Source of the DNA: Thalia democratica
Lineage: Eukaryota
Assembly (NCBI GenBank): GCA_965202585.1
Contig: OZ241826.1
Location: 98,394,001 to 98,458,000, forward strand
DNA: 64,000 bases
Direction of reading: 5' to 3'
Each line of letters opens with the position of its first letter. The stretch's first letter is position 1. The notes under the pieces were generated by a model. That model was not told the DNA's origin. It searched no databases and was given only the letters and a program-made list of their open reading frames with translations. This document shows, piece after piece, positions 12,701 to 25,400 of the stretch. A program made the translations under genes and the position numbers.

Positions 12701-15700
12701 AAGTAATGAACATTAAATTTATTTTATTGGTATTGCTTAACTTTTTAATTATTAATCTAAATATGGTAATCAAACTTATACATACGTGTTTATATCTTGG
12801 TTATTTAAGATAAACTACTACAATGATGTACTTTTATCAAGTTACGAATATGTTTAACTTCTTAAATTTTGTGCTTTTTCTGTGTTATTTAAGTTGCAAA
12901 AAATTCTTAGAAGGAAAAAAGAATTTTGCATACTTCCTTTTGCATAAAAAATAGTTTCTAAAAATGTCTTCTTAGTAGGAATTTTTGAACAAAAATGACA
13001 TAAAAAGTTCGTAGAAATTAATTAACTTTGTTAATTTTCTCCTTCTGGATAAAATACTTATAAGCGACAAGTACCTTTCAAAACAACTAGTTTTATATTT
13101 CCAAAGCAGTGCTTTATAAGTACAGATATATTATTATGATTATAGATATTATCAAAACCAATTCAAAAGCAACATTACTATAATTTCAAAATATGATAAG
13201 TTGCAACCTGACTTGGCTTTTGTATCAGTTATTCCACCCAGCACTGTAGTGGGAAGACTAGTAATAACAGCCTACATAGTAACAATTTGCAACAGTCGAT
13301 AGAATACAACGTACGTCGAGTCAAACGTACATTGTATTATAAAATTGAACGTTTTTCACATTAATGAACATTTTGATAGCAGCACAGCTTCCTGAATTTA
13401 AGACTTGGTTTCGGCATTAAATCATGGCTGACGGAGGTAGGACTTGTCAGTTATTCAATTTCGGTTGAAGAAAATATTATCAGTAACCAGGTCTTATATG
13501 ATGCTATTGATGAGCATAATGATAAACAAGCAGGCCAAATTGAATAAAAAGTTGATGTGGCAGGCTGCTTTTGTTTCCATGTCAATACGTAGCATTTTAA
13601 TAATAGGGCTTTGAATTTTGTATGCTAACATTGCTGTTGTAAAGTAAAAATATACTTTTAAAGTTTATGTTAAAGCTTCAATATATCATTTTCATTTTAA
13701 GTAGACTAAAAGTATGACTATTTTATTAGCAAATTTTATATGTCACATACCGCTTTAGATAAAATTTTTTATTCTGCAATATTTCGTGTATATACTACTA
13801 AATATTTATATTTTCTTTAGTTTTTGGTAGTTTAAAAAAAACTTATATCATGCTTTGTTTTTCTAATGAACACTTTCATTGTGCAACAAAAAATTATATA
13901 TAAACAACTATTATCTATATAACATAAAACAGTAATAGGTCTAATGAAAATTTGAAGCATAAAAAATCTATGCCAGCTATAGAATACTATAAATGTTTTG
14001 TATTAAAAAAGGATAAAACAAAGCATCAGAAAAACTTTATTTAAAAAATATTTTCAAATTAAGTTTACCCCTAAAACCTATCTAAATTTAAAAGTAAAGA
14101 TTACTTTGTTTATATGTATAAACATTTTTGATCGATTCAGATCAGCACAAGTCTACAAACTGCTCGTTTGGATTAAAATATTTCGTTTGTTACTTGAGCA
14201 CTTTTGTTTAAAACTTTGAAAAAAAAAGTTTATTAGAGGGAATTGCTGAAACATTATAAATTAAAGTTATTATTATATTTCTAACTTTGTCAACTTTTTT
14301 TTGTTTAATGTTTAACCAATTACTTTGTTGCCAAAAATCGCTTTGACCTTTACATTAGGTATAATTATAGATTAAAATTTAAAATGAAAGCATTTCTCAC
14401 AGTGTAAAGAATCCGACAAGACTTAAGTTTTAATGTTTTAGATAAGACTTAAGTTTTAAATTAAAAGGTATCTATAGTGTTCGATTCGATAACCGTAAGA
14501 TTCTACATGCACTAGCTCCTAGAACTGAATATTTTGATCATTGTTTTTTTTGTCAAATAACAATATCTATTTGAAGTATTTTATGTGACTCTGTAAGTTT
14601 TTTACATCCATATTTGAAATAATAAAAAACTTTCCTAGCTACAGTTGACAGCATATAGACTTTTCTGCCAAAAAAAAAAAAACTTAGCTACATTAAAAAA
14701 AGCAAAAACTTTAATGGCCTCTGTTTCAATAAGTTAAAAGTTTTTTAGCTAGAAATAACGTATAAATAACAGTAAATCTGTTTTGGCTACATTTGTAATA
14801 AGCGCAAATAATTTATGTTATTTTTATTAAACGAAAAAAAAGATAAAATATTTGGTCTAAGAATTTATTATTCAATAAAAAATAAATAATAAAACAAACA
14901 GTGGAAAGAAAAGAAAACTTAACTAAAATTACCAATTAAGAAATATATTTACTTGAGAGTTGTATTCAAAATGTACTCAAATATTTGTGTATAATACAAT
15001 TAACAATAGAGTTTAAGCTGTAAACTTCAAAGAATTAAAGTAGTTCTAAAATCATTTTTGGACGTAAAAAATATCTACAGCTTAACTTATAAAACAAATA
15101 AACAAACAAAATACTTAAAATATTGGATTTAACTTCTTTAAAGAAGGTGAAATGAAATACGATGAAATAATTAAACATTTTATAAAAATCTTTTAGCTAG
15201 TCATATTTTATATAATAATGTAATTGAAACAGATAAAAATATTTATATTCAAACATATTTTTATTGTTTTTTTTTTAAATTTGATTTCAGCCATTAACTT
15301 AGCTTGTATAATAAAAATACATTTAAAAAGAAAAAAACTATTAACAACATTAAATATTCTACTTTTGTAAAATAGACTTTTTTATATTTCAGTGGTTTTC
15401 TAAGCCCTAAAAATGTAACTATAATAAAACAAATAATAATTTCAAACACCAAATTTCATTTAGGTTTCTACAAAAATAGTAAATTAAGTTGCTTTAAGTT
15501 AACCTTAAACAGTATACTCAGTCTACTATTTGTATACTTAAATCTTTGTAAAATATATTCATTTATACAAAAAAAATATTTTGGACATGCTTGAAAATCA
15601 GAATGAAGTTTGTAAGTTTTCTATAAAATTTATTAAAGTTAGCAAGCTTAATAAGTAATCTGAAATATGGCCAAGTAAAAATGCTACAAATTATACTGAA

Positions 15701-16571
15701 CCACTGTTACTGTAAAACAACAGTTCAACATACTAAACAAAATTTTTGGTTAAAAATTTGTGGGTGTATTTATTAAACAAAATAAAACAGTCCAGTAATT
15801 ACTTACGGCCTTGATAAACACTATCTAATGAATTAATTTTAAGTTTTCCTGAAACGTTACAAAACAACTAAGATATTTAAAAATAATGGTAGAATAGTCC
15901 ATAAATTACCGCATTGGAAGGTAAGCGATTTATGACCAATCTATTGATATTAAAATTTTCTGACGTAATGCCATTATAACCGTCTGAACTAGTGTCATTG
16001 TAAGCTACAGGTCTAATGTTGTATGTGGGGTTAAGGACACATAAGAGGGTTGGGGAATTTCAATGTTGTAATATTAACATTGCTGAAAACTAATTAATTG
16101 TATGAATATTATTTAGTTCAAAACTCTGTGAATCAGCTTCTAATGAAATGTTATAAGATCTTCGTGAAAAAAACTGTTTAAATTAAGATACCATAACAGT
16201 AAGTACTTAAAAACTTTAAAAATATTAAAAAACTCGAAAACTAATAAAGCTAGTTTTCGATATTGTTATAAAAAGTGATTTTAACTTAAACAAAGTATAT
16301 GTTACAACTACTTTCAAACAACAAAATTTTCATTTCAATTTTTGACTACAAATAGTATCTTAGGTGATAAAGTTACGTTACAGCAAAGTTTAAAAAAGTA
16401 AAATACACACTACGATTTATTAAATTAGTACATTTATATAACTACAACATAAAAAATTGTTTTAATACGAGCAAAAATCGTATTAATAATTTATTGGTAA
16501 ACTAGTTTATTTAATGTTTGATATAAAATTTAGTACTCAACCTCTAATGTGTACTCAAAATTATTTCACAA

Positions 16572-16756
16572 ACTGTAATTTTTGCACTGTATAGGCTGAA
16601 ACCTATCTTTTGGTGTCGTTTTGCGACCCTGGTACAAAAGGCTCCAATCATATACTACTGGGTATTCCCCAATCTTGATACCGGAGCCTTTTGTGCCAGG
16701 GTCACAAAATATCACTTAAAGATTGAAATTGGCCTACTATGCTCAAAAAGTACAGT
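16572..16756. repeat. Short hairpin-forming element (arms about 74 bp, 37-nt loop), probable MITE
   Basis: ttttgcgaccctggtacaaaaggctcc (ends 16645) vs ggagccttttgtgccagggtcacaaaa (starts 16683) differ at 2 of 27 positions. Weaker complementarity extends out to actgta (16572) and tacagt (16756). Confidence 0.7.
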
Positions 16757-18504
16757 CAGTAGTGTTCTTTCTAAAATTAAAACACATAAATTCAGCTTAT
16801 TGTACAGCATTCTGCCGCTTAAATACAAACTACCTCAAATCTAACAACTTTATCCTAATTGAATCTTAAAATTTAATTTTGAAAGTTCAACTGTTAATAC
16901 TTCATTACTTAAACTACATTAAAATCAAATATTTTATATATTTAAAAATTTCTCTAAAACTAGGGCAACCCTAAAAATGCTTAAAATCTTTCATTATTTT
17001 TACTTTTCATCCTCAACTAAAAATATCTATGACAAGTTTCGAATTATGTCCTTATGTCCCTTTTCAGTTTATGCCCCCTAAAGTTTCTAAAATGAGCTAC
17101 TTGAGGAAACTGTGGTCAGTGATGCCAAAAAAACTGAAATTTGACAAATTAAGAAAAAAACCTGGACATTTTATAATTTTGAAAATAAACTAGAATTTCA
17201 AACAAAATCTACAATTTTAAATTATAAAATGCAAAGTAACACAATATTGTTAGATACTAAAACTTTATCATAAAGATAAAAATTTCTTTGTATCATTTAA
17301 GATCTTTTCATTAAAAAACCCGTTTGTTAGTAACCATATTTATATAAAAACCATATTTAAATTAGCTTTATAGTATTATCAAGATTCCTATTTACCTATA
17401 AATCCCTATAGATTTGCAATATTCTGGAAAATCCCTATGAATCTCTAAAAAAATTGAAAATATTTGAAAATCCGTACAAATCCCTAGAACTAATAGTTTT
17501 TTACCCCACCATGGCCTTAATTATCAATAATAAAAAAGGTGTTATATGAACTTTCAAATATAAGTTAAAGCTTATCATTAAAATTTTTGTATACAAAAAG
17601 AATATATGTAAAATAAAATAAAGGTTTTTTAAAAAAGTTCTTTTTTGCCTTCTTTATTGTACATTTTAAACCCATTGACTTTGATAACTTACAGCTCAAT
17701 AGGCGCTTTGAATTTCGTCAAGTGGTAAAAATTGGGTGTGTTATAACATATATTAAGCTCAATAAAATAACATCAACTTGTTGAAAACAAGTCAGACTTT
17801 TACATTTTCATAAACAGCATTTTATATTTTGTTTTGTGTAAGTATAACTGTTCAAAATATAGTCTAATGCTTCTATTCTCTCATTACAGTAATTATTTTT
17901 TACAGAACCCAGTTGAAGTGTGTTGGTTCGTTGACACACAGAAACATATGTTGGTAGAATAAAGGAAGATTACTGTATAGTTTGTTTTTATTTTCTTTAA
18001 GTATTAATTTTCAGTAAAATGAGTGGTGCTATTTAAAATAAACTTAATAGCTTGTCAAAATGAAATAAATTATTTTTTTGAAATAATCAATTGATAGAAA
18101 CTGTTTGTACAATATTATTACTAACATATCTTAGATAATTTTTTATTTTAATTCTCATTTTTATAAATTTCACAGAATAACTTAAAAAAGTACACATATT
18201 TTACTCAGAAAATGATTAAACAAAAAGTACACATAAGTACATGTAAAAATAATTAGTTATTTGCTAAGATGTAACATTTATCCATTAAATGTTAGGCTAT
18301 TTTTTTGCTAGTTTATTTTTAAGAATATCGATCTATTATGTTCTGTTGTTTGAGTTTGCAGATATTTCTTAATTTAGGTAATAATTTAAAAAGTTTTAAA
18401 CAAAGACTATAAATATTTAGACTTATGATGTGAAGTTATTTTATTTGCATTTGCACTTAAGCCCGCTTGGTTAAGATCACAACAGCAGTTTCTCGCATCT
18501 AAGC

Positions 18505-18542
18505 CTGCCTAATGAGTCCCAAAAAGGACAAACCGGTCGTAG
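18505..18542 (+). ncRNA. Degenerate minimal type I hammerhead ribozyme (Penelope-like element/retrozyme type), probably inactive
   Basis: The sequence reads ctgc-CTAATGA-gtcc caaaaa ggac-AAA-CCGGTC-gtag. Stem I is ctgc/gtag, stem II is gtcc/ggac, and stem III is the palindrome ACCGGT ending at a GTC cleavage triplet. Two core lesions: CTGATGA reads CTAATGA, and GAAA lacks its G. Confidence 0.75.
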
Positions 18543-18803
18543 AATTTTAAAACAACATTAAAAGTTTAATTTGATTATTTTAACCATTTGAATAAAATAA
18601 ACAGTCTACAGTTAAAAAAAATGTTTGTAAAGAAGTATCTTTTTGTCAAAAAATTGTTTTAAAATTGTTATAAAATGTTTAATTAAATTTTTCAGTTAAT
18701 CTTTTAGCAGAGCATCTGCTCCGATGCTCCACTCCCATCCAAAATACCAAACTAGTCCTTCAAAATTTCAATACATTTTTGTTTCTAAAATATATGTTCT
18801 TTG

Positions 18804-20850
18804 CAGGGACGTAGCTTGGTAGGTTTCTGCAAAAAGCTTGCTTTTATTTCAGCTTGAAAAGACTCTGCGTTCTTAGCTTTTAGTATTCATTTATACTTAG
18901 TTATGCACTTCTGAGAGATAAATTTGACATATATCTACTCTTTAGCACTTTAAGTGTCGTAAGAATTAAACGAAAATTAAATACATCCAAATTGTAACAT
19001 TTAAGGCGTTAAAGCTTTATTTTGTCAAAAAGCTACAATGCAAAATTGATACTAAAGGAAGCTGTAGCTTCAAAAATCAAAGTCATACAACTTTTTGTTA
19101 CAAAAATTTGCATAACTTGTTGTTACTATTGACTACATAAAATGTTTTATTTTCAAAACAGTATAAGTGTTTTTGAGTTAAATTGTGATTTCTTGTACTT
19201 TTTTTTAATGAAGGTTGGGACTTTTAATGGGTAGTTTTAAGTATTGGGTACTTTTAATTGCTGCAATTTTGCAAAAAAAGTACTCAATATTTTGCATTAA
19301 CTTTACTTTGGGTAGTTTTCAAGATTAAACTTTGTGAACAAAATTGCTGTCTAGGCCTATAATAAATTCACTTTGTTTATTTTTCTAAATATGAAAATAA
19401 TTGTATCTGAATTAATCACTATGTTAACTAAATTAAGGAAATATAATTTTCAACCTTGATATTTTTTGTGTAAGTTACAGTTTTAAATGAGACCACAAAT
19501 TAAGCTATTGACTTTTAAAATTTTCATTTATAGTTTTTTGATGAATTAGAGTTATCATATTCTATAAAAATTTATTATTTTATATGTAGAAGTAGTTTAA
19601 AAATTACAGATATTTTGGTGATTTTTGTTTTAAATACCAGATTTTTTCAAATTTGTTAATTTCACAAATTCAAGGTTTATCCAGTTTTTGTTTAAACTGT
19701 CAAGTTCCTGAATTCCAGGTGTTTTGGCCACCCTGCTCAAGTTTTAAGGAAGTATTCCTTTCAATATTTATTAATAAAATTAAAAAAAAAAAAAGATGAC
19801 AACTAAAACCTACTGTACTCTCCTATTTTAATATTACATCAAAAATTGGTTTTGGTATAAAATATCTGTATTAAGATACTTGTAGTTTATTTTAAAATTT
19901 ATTAAGTGACATCAACTTGTAATAAAAGTGATCTACACCCTTCCTGTACCAAGGTGGCTCCTAAAGTTTTTTTGAAATTTCTTTCAATTTTTTTAAATTC
20001 AGCATATTTTTTAAGTGCGAGTCTTACTGACTTTTCTAGACAAAATAAGTGATCAGAGTTTCAATTCATTCTAGGATTTTATATAAAATTCCAATATTCC
20101 CATAAGCATCTAGGTTTGACGGCCATTGGCCACCCTGTTTATCTTATTTCAAAATTTAAAAAGGTAGCTTTTTTTGAAGTACATAACTTATGTATAATTA
20201 GTTCAAATTTTTTTATGACTTAAATTCATCAATGAACTATAAAAGAAAAAATTTAAAAATCATTTGTTTAACTTGTGTTTGAATTTAAAATTATAACTTA
20301 TAAAAAAATTTTTCTATAATTTTGTTAACACAAGGAAGTGTTTAGTATTGTTCAATTGTTTTATTTCAGATATGATTATTTTCATATTTTAAAAAATTAA
20401 AAAAGTGAATTTGTCATAGGCCTAGACATCAATTTTCTTTTTTTTTACTAAGTTTAAGCTTCAAAACTACCCAAAGTAAAGTTAATGACGTCATCAAAAT
20501 ATCGGGCATTTTTTTTGCAAATTTGCTGCAATTGAAAGTACCCAATATTAAAACTACCCATAAAAATTCCTCCCGTTTAATAAAATTTAAATTTTTCTGG
20601 GTTTACACAAGTGGCAAGACATAAAGAGTCATAGGGGGTGTGGAGCAAATTAAATTGCCTTGTATACAGTTATCACTCGTACTTCAACATTCCATTTTTC
20701 ATGGGTTAACATACTGCATTTTTTTATATTATATTTTAATAACATTAGAAATAGTTTAAATTGCTGTGTTTCCGCTAGTACGTTATCACGAGTTATTTCA
20801 GTGTTTTAACTTTTGCAGTTCGTATTTTTTTTGAGCTAGCTACGTCCCTG
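18804..20850. mobile_element. hAT-like non-autonomous element with 13-bp TIRs and 8-bp TSD, containing nested insertions
   Basis: CAGGGACGTAGCT at 18804 and AGCTACGTCCCTG ending at 20850. A perfect TSD GTTCTTTG is at 18796-18803 and 20851-20858. Confidence 0.85.
19210..20580. mobile_element. Foldback-like element with about 400-bp inverted arms, nested inside the hAT element
   Basis: 19210-19610 is the imperfect reverse complement of 20160-20580. Examples: atgggtagttttaa..attgggtactt vs aagtacccaatattaaaactacccat; gtctaggcctat vs ataggcctagac; cattaactttactttgggtagtttt vs aaaactacccaaagtaaagttaatg. The spacer holds two TGGCCACCCTG ends (19725-19735, 20127-20137). Confidence 0.8.
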
Positions 20851-20859
20851 GTTCTTTGG

Positions 20860-21360
20860 AAAATTATGACAAAATTACACGAAGACAATTTTCTAATAGG
20901 GGTTAATTTTGCACGGAGGGTCATTTTTTAAACGAGAATAAAAAAAAAAACAGAAAAGTATGTATTAAAAAAAACACAAAGAAAAATTTGCTGACCGAAA
21001 GTAAGGGTTAGGGGTAACAGTTATAGTAAAAAAAAATAAAAACTAATACTATAATGATATATAAATATAAATAAAATAATTAAAAATAGAAATATAATAT
21101 AAATTATAAATAAAAAAAAATAACTATAAAAAAGTTACCAGCCAGGGGAAAGTGTTAAGGATAACAATGATAGTAAAAAAAAATAAAATTAATATTACTA
21201 AAACTGTTAAAAAATAAAACTAATTAAAAAATTACAACCGTGCAACAATATCTCTGTGCAAAATTGTCTGCTCGTGCAAGTGTCTTCGTGCAAATGTATC
21301 TTTGTGAAATTTAGTCCCATTGTTCAATTTTGTCCGCTTGTGCAAGTTTGACACCTACCC
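20860..21360. repeat. Dispersed repeat with cgtgcaa-type subterminal motifs and internal taagggttaggg-containing repeats
   Basis: 20870-20955 matches the reverse complement of 46550-46650 (gggttaattttgcacg...acgagaataaaaaaaaaaacagaaaa). Repeated (c)gtgcaa motifs occur at 21240-21350. Superfamily not determined. Confidence 0.55.
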
Positions 21361-21794
21361 ATTTTCTTTTTATCGTTTTTATGATTTTAATATGTATTAC
21401 ATTTAGAGTGATTTAAAAATCATTTTTTAGATCTCATCACCTTTCAATTTTATTTTACACATTTTTTAAAACTACTGTTTTGGCATAGTTTCTTGTCACT
21501 TAAGCTTGCTTGTTCACATCATGAATAGTAAAAATATTTGTAGAAAAACTTTAAAAATTCATATTTGACTGGTGTTTAAGGTTTTGCATGTAACTAACAC
21601 AATCAATTTATTTAAAAATTTAAAATTGTTAGTCTTTTAAGTGTTTAATAAATAAAAAACTAACTGTTCTATCTAAATATAACAATATTAAGTGGTCTTG
21701 TTATGAGTTATTAGATAGTCATCAGCTTTTGTTAAAATTCTTATGAAAACATTAGACAAACTATTAACGTGCTAGACTAGTTAAAAATATTATA

Positions 21795-22445
21795 ATGGTT
21801 TTAACAACAATAAGAATCACACGGAGGACGTTTAAGGCAATAGAAATTGCGGGTAGTGATGTGTGGATAAGCTTAGAGGTTGATCTATTTGACGAAAATG
21901 ACGCTCAAATTGACAGTAGAACGATTACCTATCCAAACATTACAGAAAACAGTGTTTTAGAAGACGATTTGAAACTTTTCCGTTTGAGTCTTTGGGAACC
22001 GCATGTTGTCAAAGCTGTATATGAAATGCAACGAAACGATTCGGGCGAAGAACAAACAGCAGAAATTAAAGTGCCTCCTCACATTTCGTGCAAAACAACT
22101 CAGAAGCGCGAGGTTCAAGCATCATCAGCAACAGGGATCTCTCAGTCTGAACTGAAGCAAATGTTGGCGGCTCTCGATGGTGAAAGCGAAGTTTTGAAGC
22201 GATTTGAAGATCACAAATGTTCCGTGTGCCTCAGTGATTACAAAGAGATCATTGAAGAAGGCCATCACGTCGTCGCGCCCTCCTGTGGACACCCGCTGTG
22301 TTGCTCGTGCGCTGATAACATTGTTGAGAGCGAGAAGAAAGAGTGTCCGCAATGTAGGGAAGGGATCACTGCTCAGTCGTTCAATCTCGTCATGTTCGAT
22401 TCTGATTTGGAGACAGATGCAAGCAACCAAAAGCTGTACTTGTAA
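21795..22445 (+). CDS. Intronless C3HC4 RING-finger protein (putative E3 ubiquitin ligase), 216 aa
   Basis: Uninterrupted ATG-to-TAA ORF with a C-terminal CSVC-x17-CGHPLCCSC-x11-CPQC RING motif. Visibly GC-richer than its flanks. The N-terminal 140 aa are not recognised. Confidence 0.85.
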   Translation: MVLTTIRITRRTFKAIEIAGSDVWISLEVDLFDENDAQIDSRTITYPNITENSVLEDDLKLFRLSLWEPHVVKAVYEMQRNDSGEEQTAEIKVPPHISCKTTQKREVQASSATGISQSELKQMLAALDGESEVLKRFEDHKCSVCLSDYKEIIEEGHHVVAPSCGHPLCCSCADNIVESEKKECPQCREGITAQSFNLVMFDSDLETDASNQKLYL

Positions 22446-25400
22446 AACTCACTTTGAAAAACATTTTATTGAGAACTTAGATGTGTATATTTAAGTTTTA
22501 AATAATGTACAGAACAGAAAAATTTAAATTTTCTCTAATACATTTTTTACTTTAAGTATAAAACAAGATTTTTTTGAATGTTTTTTAAATTTAATACTAA
22601 ACATAAGTAGAAACTTACATATAATATTTTAGATTTCCTTAATTTTTTCACATACGACCGACCGAATCCACAACTCTCCATATAGTATGTGCGTATAGAC
22701 ACTGTTCTTGCAAGTAAGTAAATACTACTTTGTATGAGAAATTGAAACTTGTAGTAAAAAACCATGAATTTTGGAAAAACCAGGAATTTGACAACTTAAG
22801 TTCAAAAAACCTGGAAACCTGGATCTTAAGAAATTTTGAAAAGATCTGGACTTTTAAACAAAAATCACTAAAAACCCTAGAGAAACCTGGAAATTTAAAC
22901 AAATTAAGTAGAAAAAGTTCGATCTGACTCAAAAATTCTATTGTATAGACAAGTAATGTTTGTCATTATAATTTTTATTACACAAGCACGTTAAAATAAG
23001 CTTTAAAATGTTTTTAAACTATTGTTATGCTTATTAAAATAGTTTTGTTCAAAATAAACTTAATTTTAAACTAAAAATAGACCCTAAAACTTGTCTTTGA
23101 TAAAACTTGGAAAATATATAGAAAGCCTGAAAAAATTTGCCAAAAACATTGGCAAACCTTATAAAATTAATTTAACATTAGACTTTGAATTGCGTTTCTC
23201 TAAGATCAAATTAAATTAAAAGTTTAAGGCCAAATAGTTAGAGATTTTATTTATTGATAAAAGTTGTCATTACTAAGAAGGTTTTTATCCAAGCAATCTT
23301 TAACAGTTTAAAAAAAAATCGTTGAAGTTTTTGAAGAAGATATGACATATCATGTCAAAATTGGTTAGAATTATTTAAAAATTTTAATTTTTGTTTTTAC
23401 TCCTCTCAACAGACCTTGAAGTATCTCGTCTAGTTTAAAAATCCCCCAAAATTGTTTATATGACTATTTATTTAACTCATCATTTAAAACTTCTAGATGC
23501 CTAGTGTATTGAAAAACTTCTTTACCAAACCAGATTTGCTGACTGCGCTCTTACCCTTCATTTCGACCAAGTGTACAGTGTGTATGGTTTAAATTAAAAC
23601 GTAATATTAAGACTAATGAATTTGATAGCAACCTTCCTCTGAATTATAAACAACATAATATTTACATTTTATTTACTTACTAACTTATTTTTAAACTGTA
23701 TTTTTAACCTTTATGGAATATCATAAAAAGCATCTGGCCTTCCAGTAATTTGTTTTAGATATTTGTTATTAAAACATTCATTGTAGACCACCTTGGTGTT
23801 GCTAAAATGTAAATATTTGTATTATTTGTAGTTTTTTGTAAATTTCTTTTTAATAAAAAATATAGTTTTATTTTAAGTACTTATATTTATTTAAGTGACT
23901 AAAACAAACAAATAACTTTTTTGTATGAAAATTACGTTAAAAAGTTTTAATGTCCAAATAGTCATAAGCTTAAAAAATAAAAAAATGTTAATTTAAAATT
24001 TTACTTAATTGATAGCTTTCCAAATATGCTATATATTACCGAAAAATGACTTGTAATCACTATATCAATTAGCTTAAATGACAGTTTAAATCTAAATAAA
24101 AAATAAATGAAAATAACGTACGTTTTAATAAAAAGGTTTCTATCTCCCTTCTAAACTCAAAAAAAATTTTACTAAGTTAAACATTAGTCAAAAGTATTAA
24201 AAATATCAGAATTATATTTTTTGATATATACACGAAATGTTATTACATTTTTAAAGCGTGCAACAAGTAAACAATAATAAAACGTTAAATAGGATTTTTG
24301 TTTGCTTTATTAAAAGCCTGTTTCAATGGTTGTCAATGCGAAAATAATTTATCAAATTATCTTAGACTTTTAAAAAGTTTAGTTTGTTAAATCTTTCTAG
24401 ACCTGATAAAAGCAAAACTTTAGTTAGAAGAAAGTTGTCACTTTGTTTTTTTACTAACAATTTTGAATTTCAGGAAAAAATCCTCAAGTATAGTCTAAAG
24501 AAGAGTTTAAATTTTTTTTTTAATTTATTACAACATTTTAAAAACCCTTATATTTTTATATATTTAATTGTGGTAGTGTATAATAAGTTTTCACATGTCA
24601 AACTACATACAATCCAAAACTAACTCAACAAATTTAAATTATTTAAACTGTTTCTATCTGAAATAAATTCTTGTTTTATAGTCTGAATTCAACTAATGTA
24701 GAGCTGAGTAATTAGTATTCTGTCTAACACTTATTACTATTAGAAATTAATTTTTTTTATGTGAAGTATTAGAGCATTATTTGTATATTTTAGCTTTATT
24801 CTAATCCGGTATTTTCTCAAACTTAAGAAGTTTTTAATAAAAAAAAAACATTTGAAGGCAGAATTATTATTTTTTAATTAATATTAAATTAAAAGAGTTT
24901 TTGAAAAAAAATAATTCATTTTACTGATTCCAATGTTTTATTCTAGCAAAATATGTTTTTGTTTATAACAAAATAAGAAATACAATAAGTAAGTTTAAGG
25001 TTTTAATTGTTTTAATACTGTTTTTATTTATTAATATAAGAATTAGTGATAAATTTAAAAAATTTAACGTGAAATATTAGATTAAATCAGACTTTAATTT
25101 TAAGTGGTTTAAAAATAGTAGAGAGTAAATCTTTAAATTTTTAAGAATTATATTTTTATGACATTAAGGAAGCTTTCACTTTTAATTCAAATTAAGGTTT
25201 CGAATATTGAAAAATTTATTTTAATCTATATAAAGTAGTTCTAAAATTTCGTTTTAGCTATAGTTAAATATTTACTACCCAAATGCGCTTAAATTAGTTT
25301 ACAACCTAAAAAATTTTCTTTATCGTTCTGTTAAAGTTATTTAAAGAATGTTTTACGTTTAAAATTTATTTTATAGTTAACACGCTATACCAAAGCAAAA

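Noticed and set aside
22125-22494. ORFs 22125..22430 (-) and 22204..22494 (+)
   Set aside because: Alternative frames over the RING gene.
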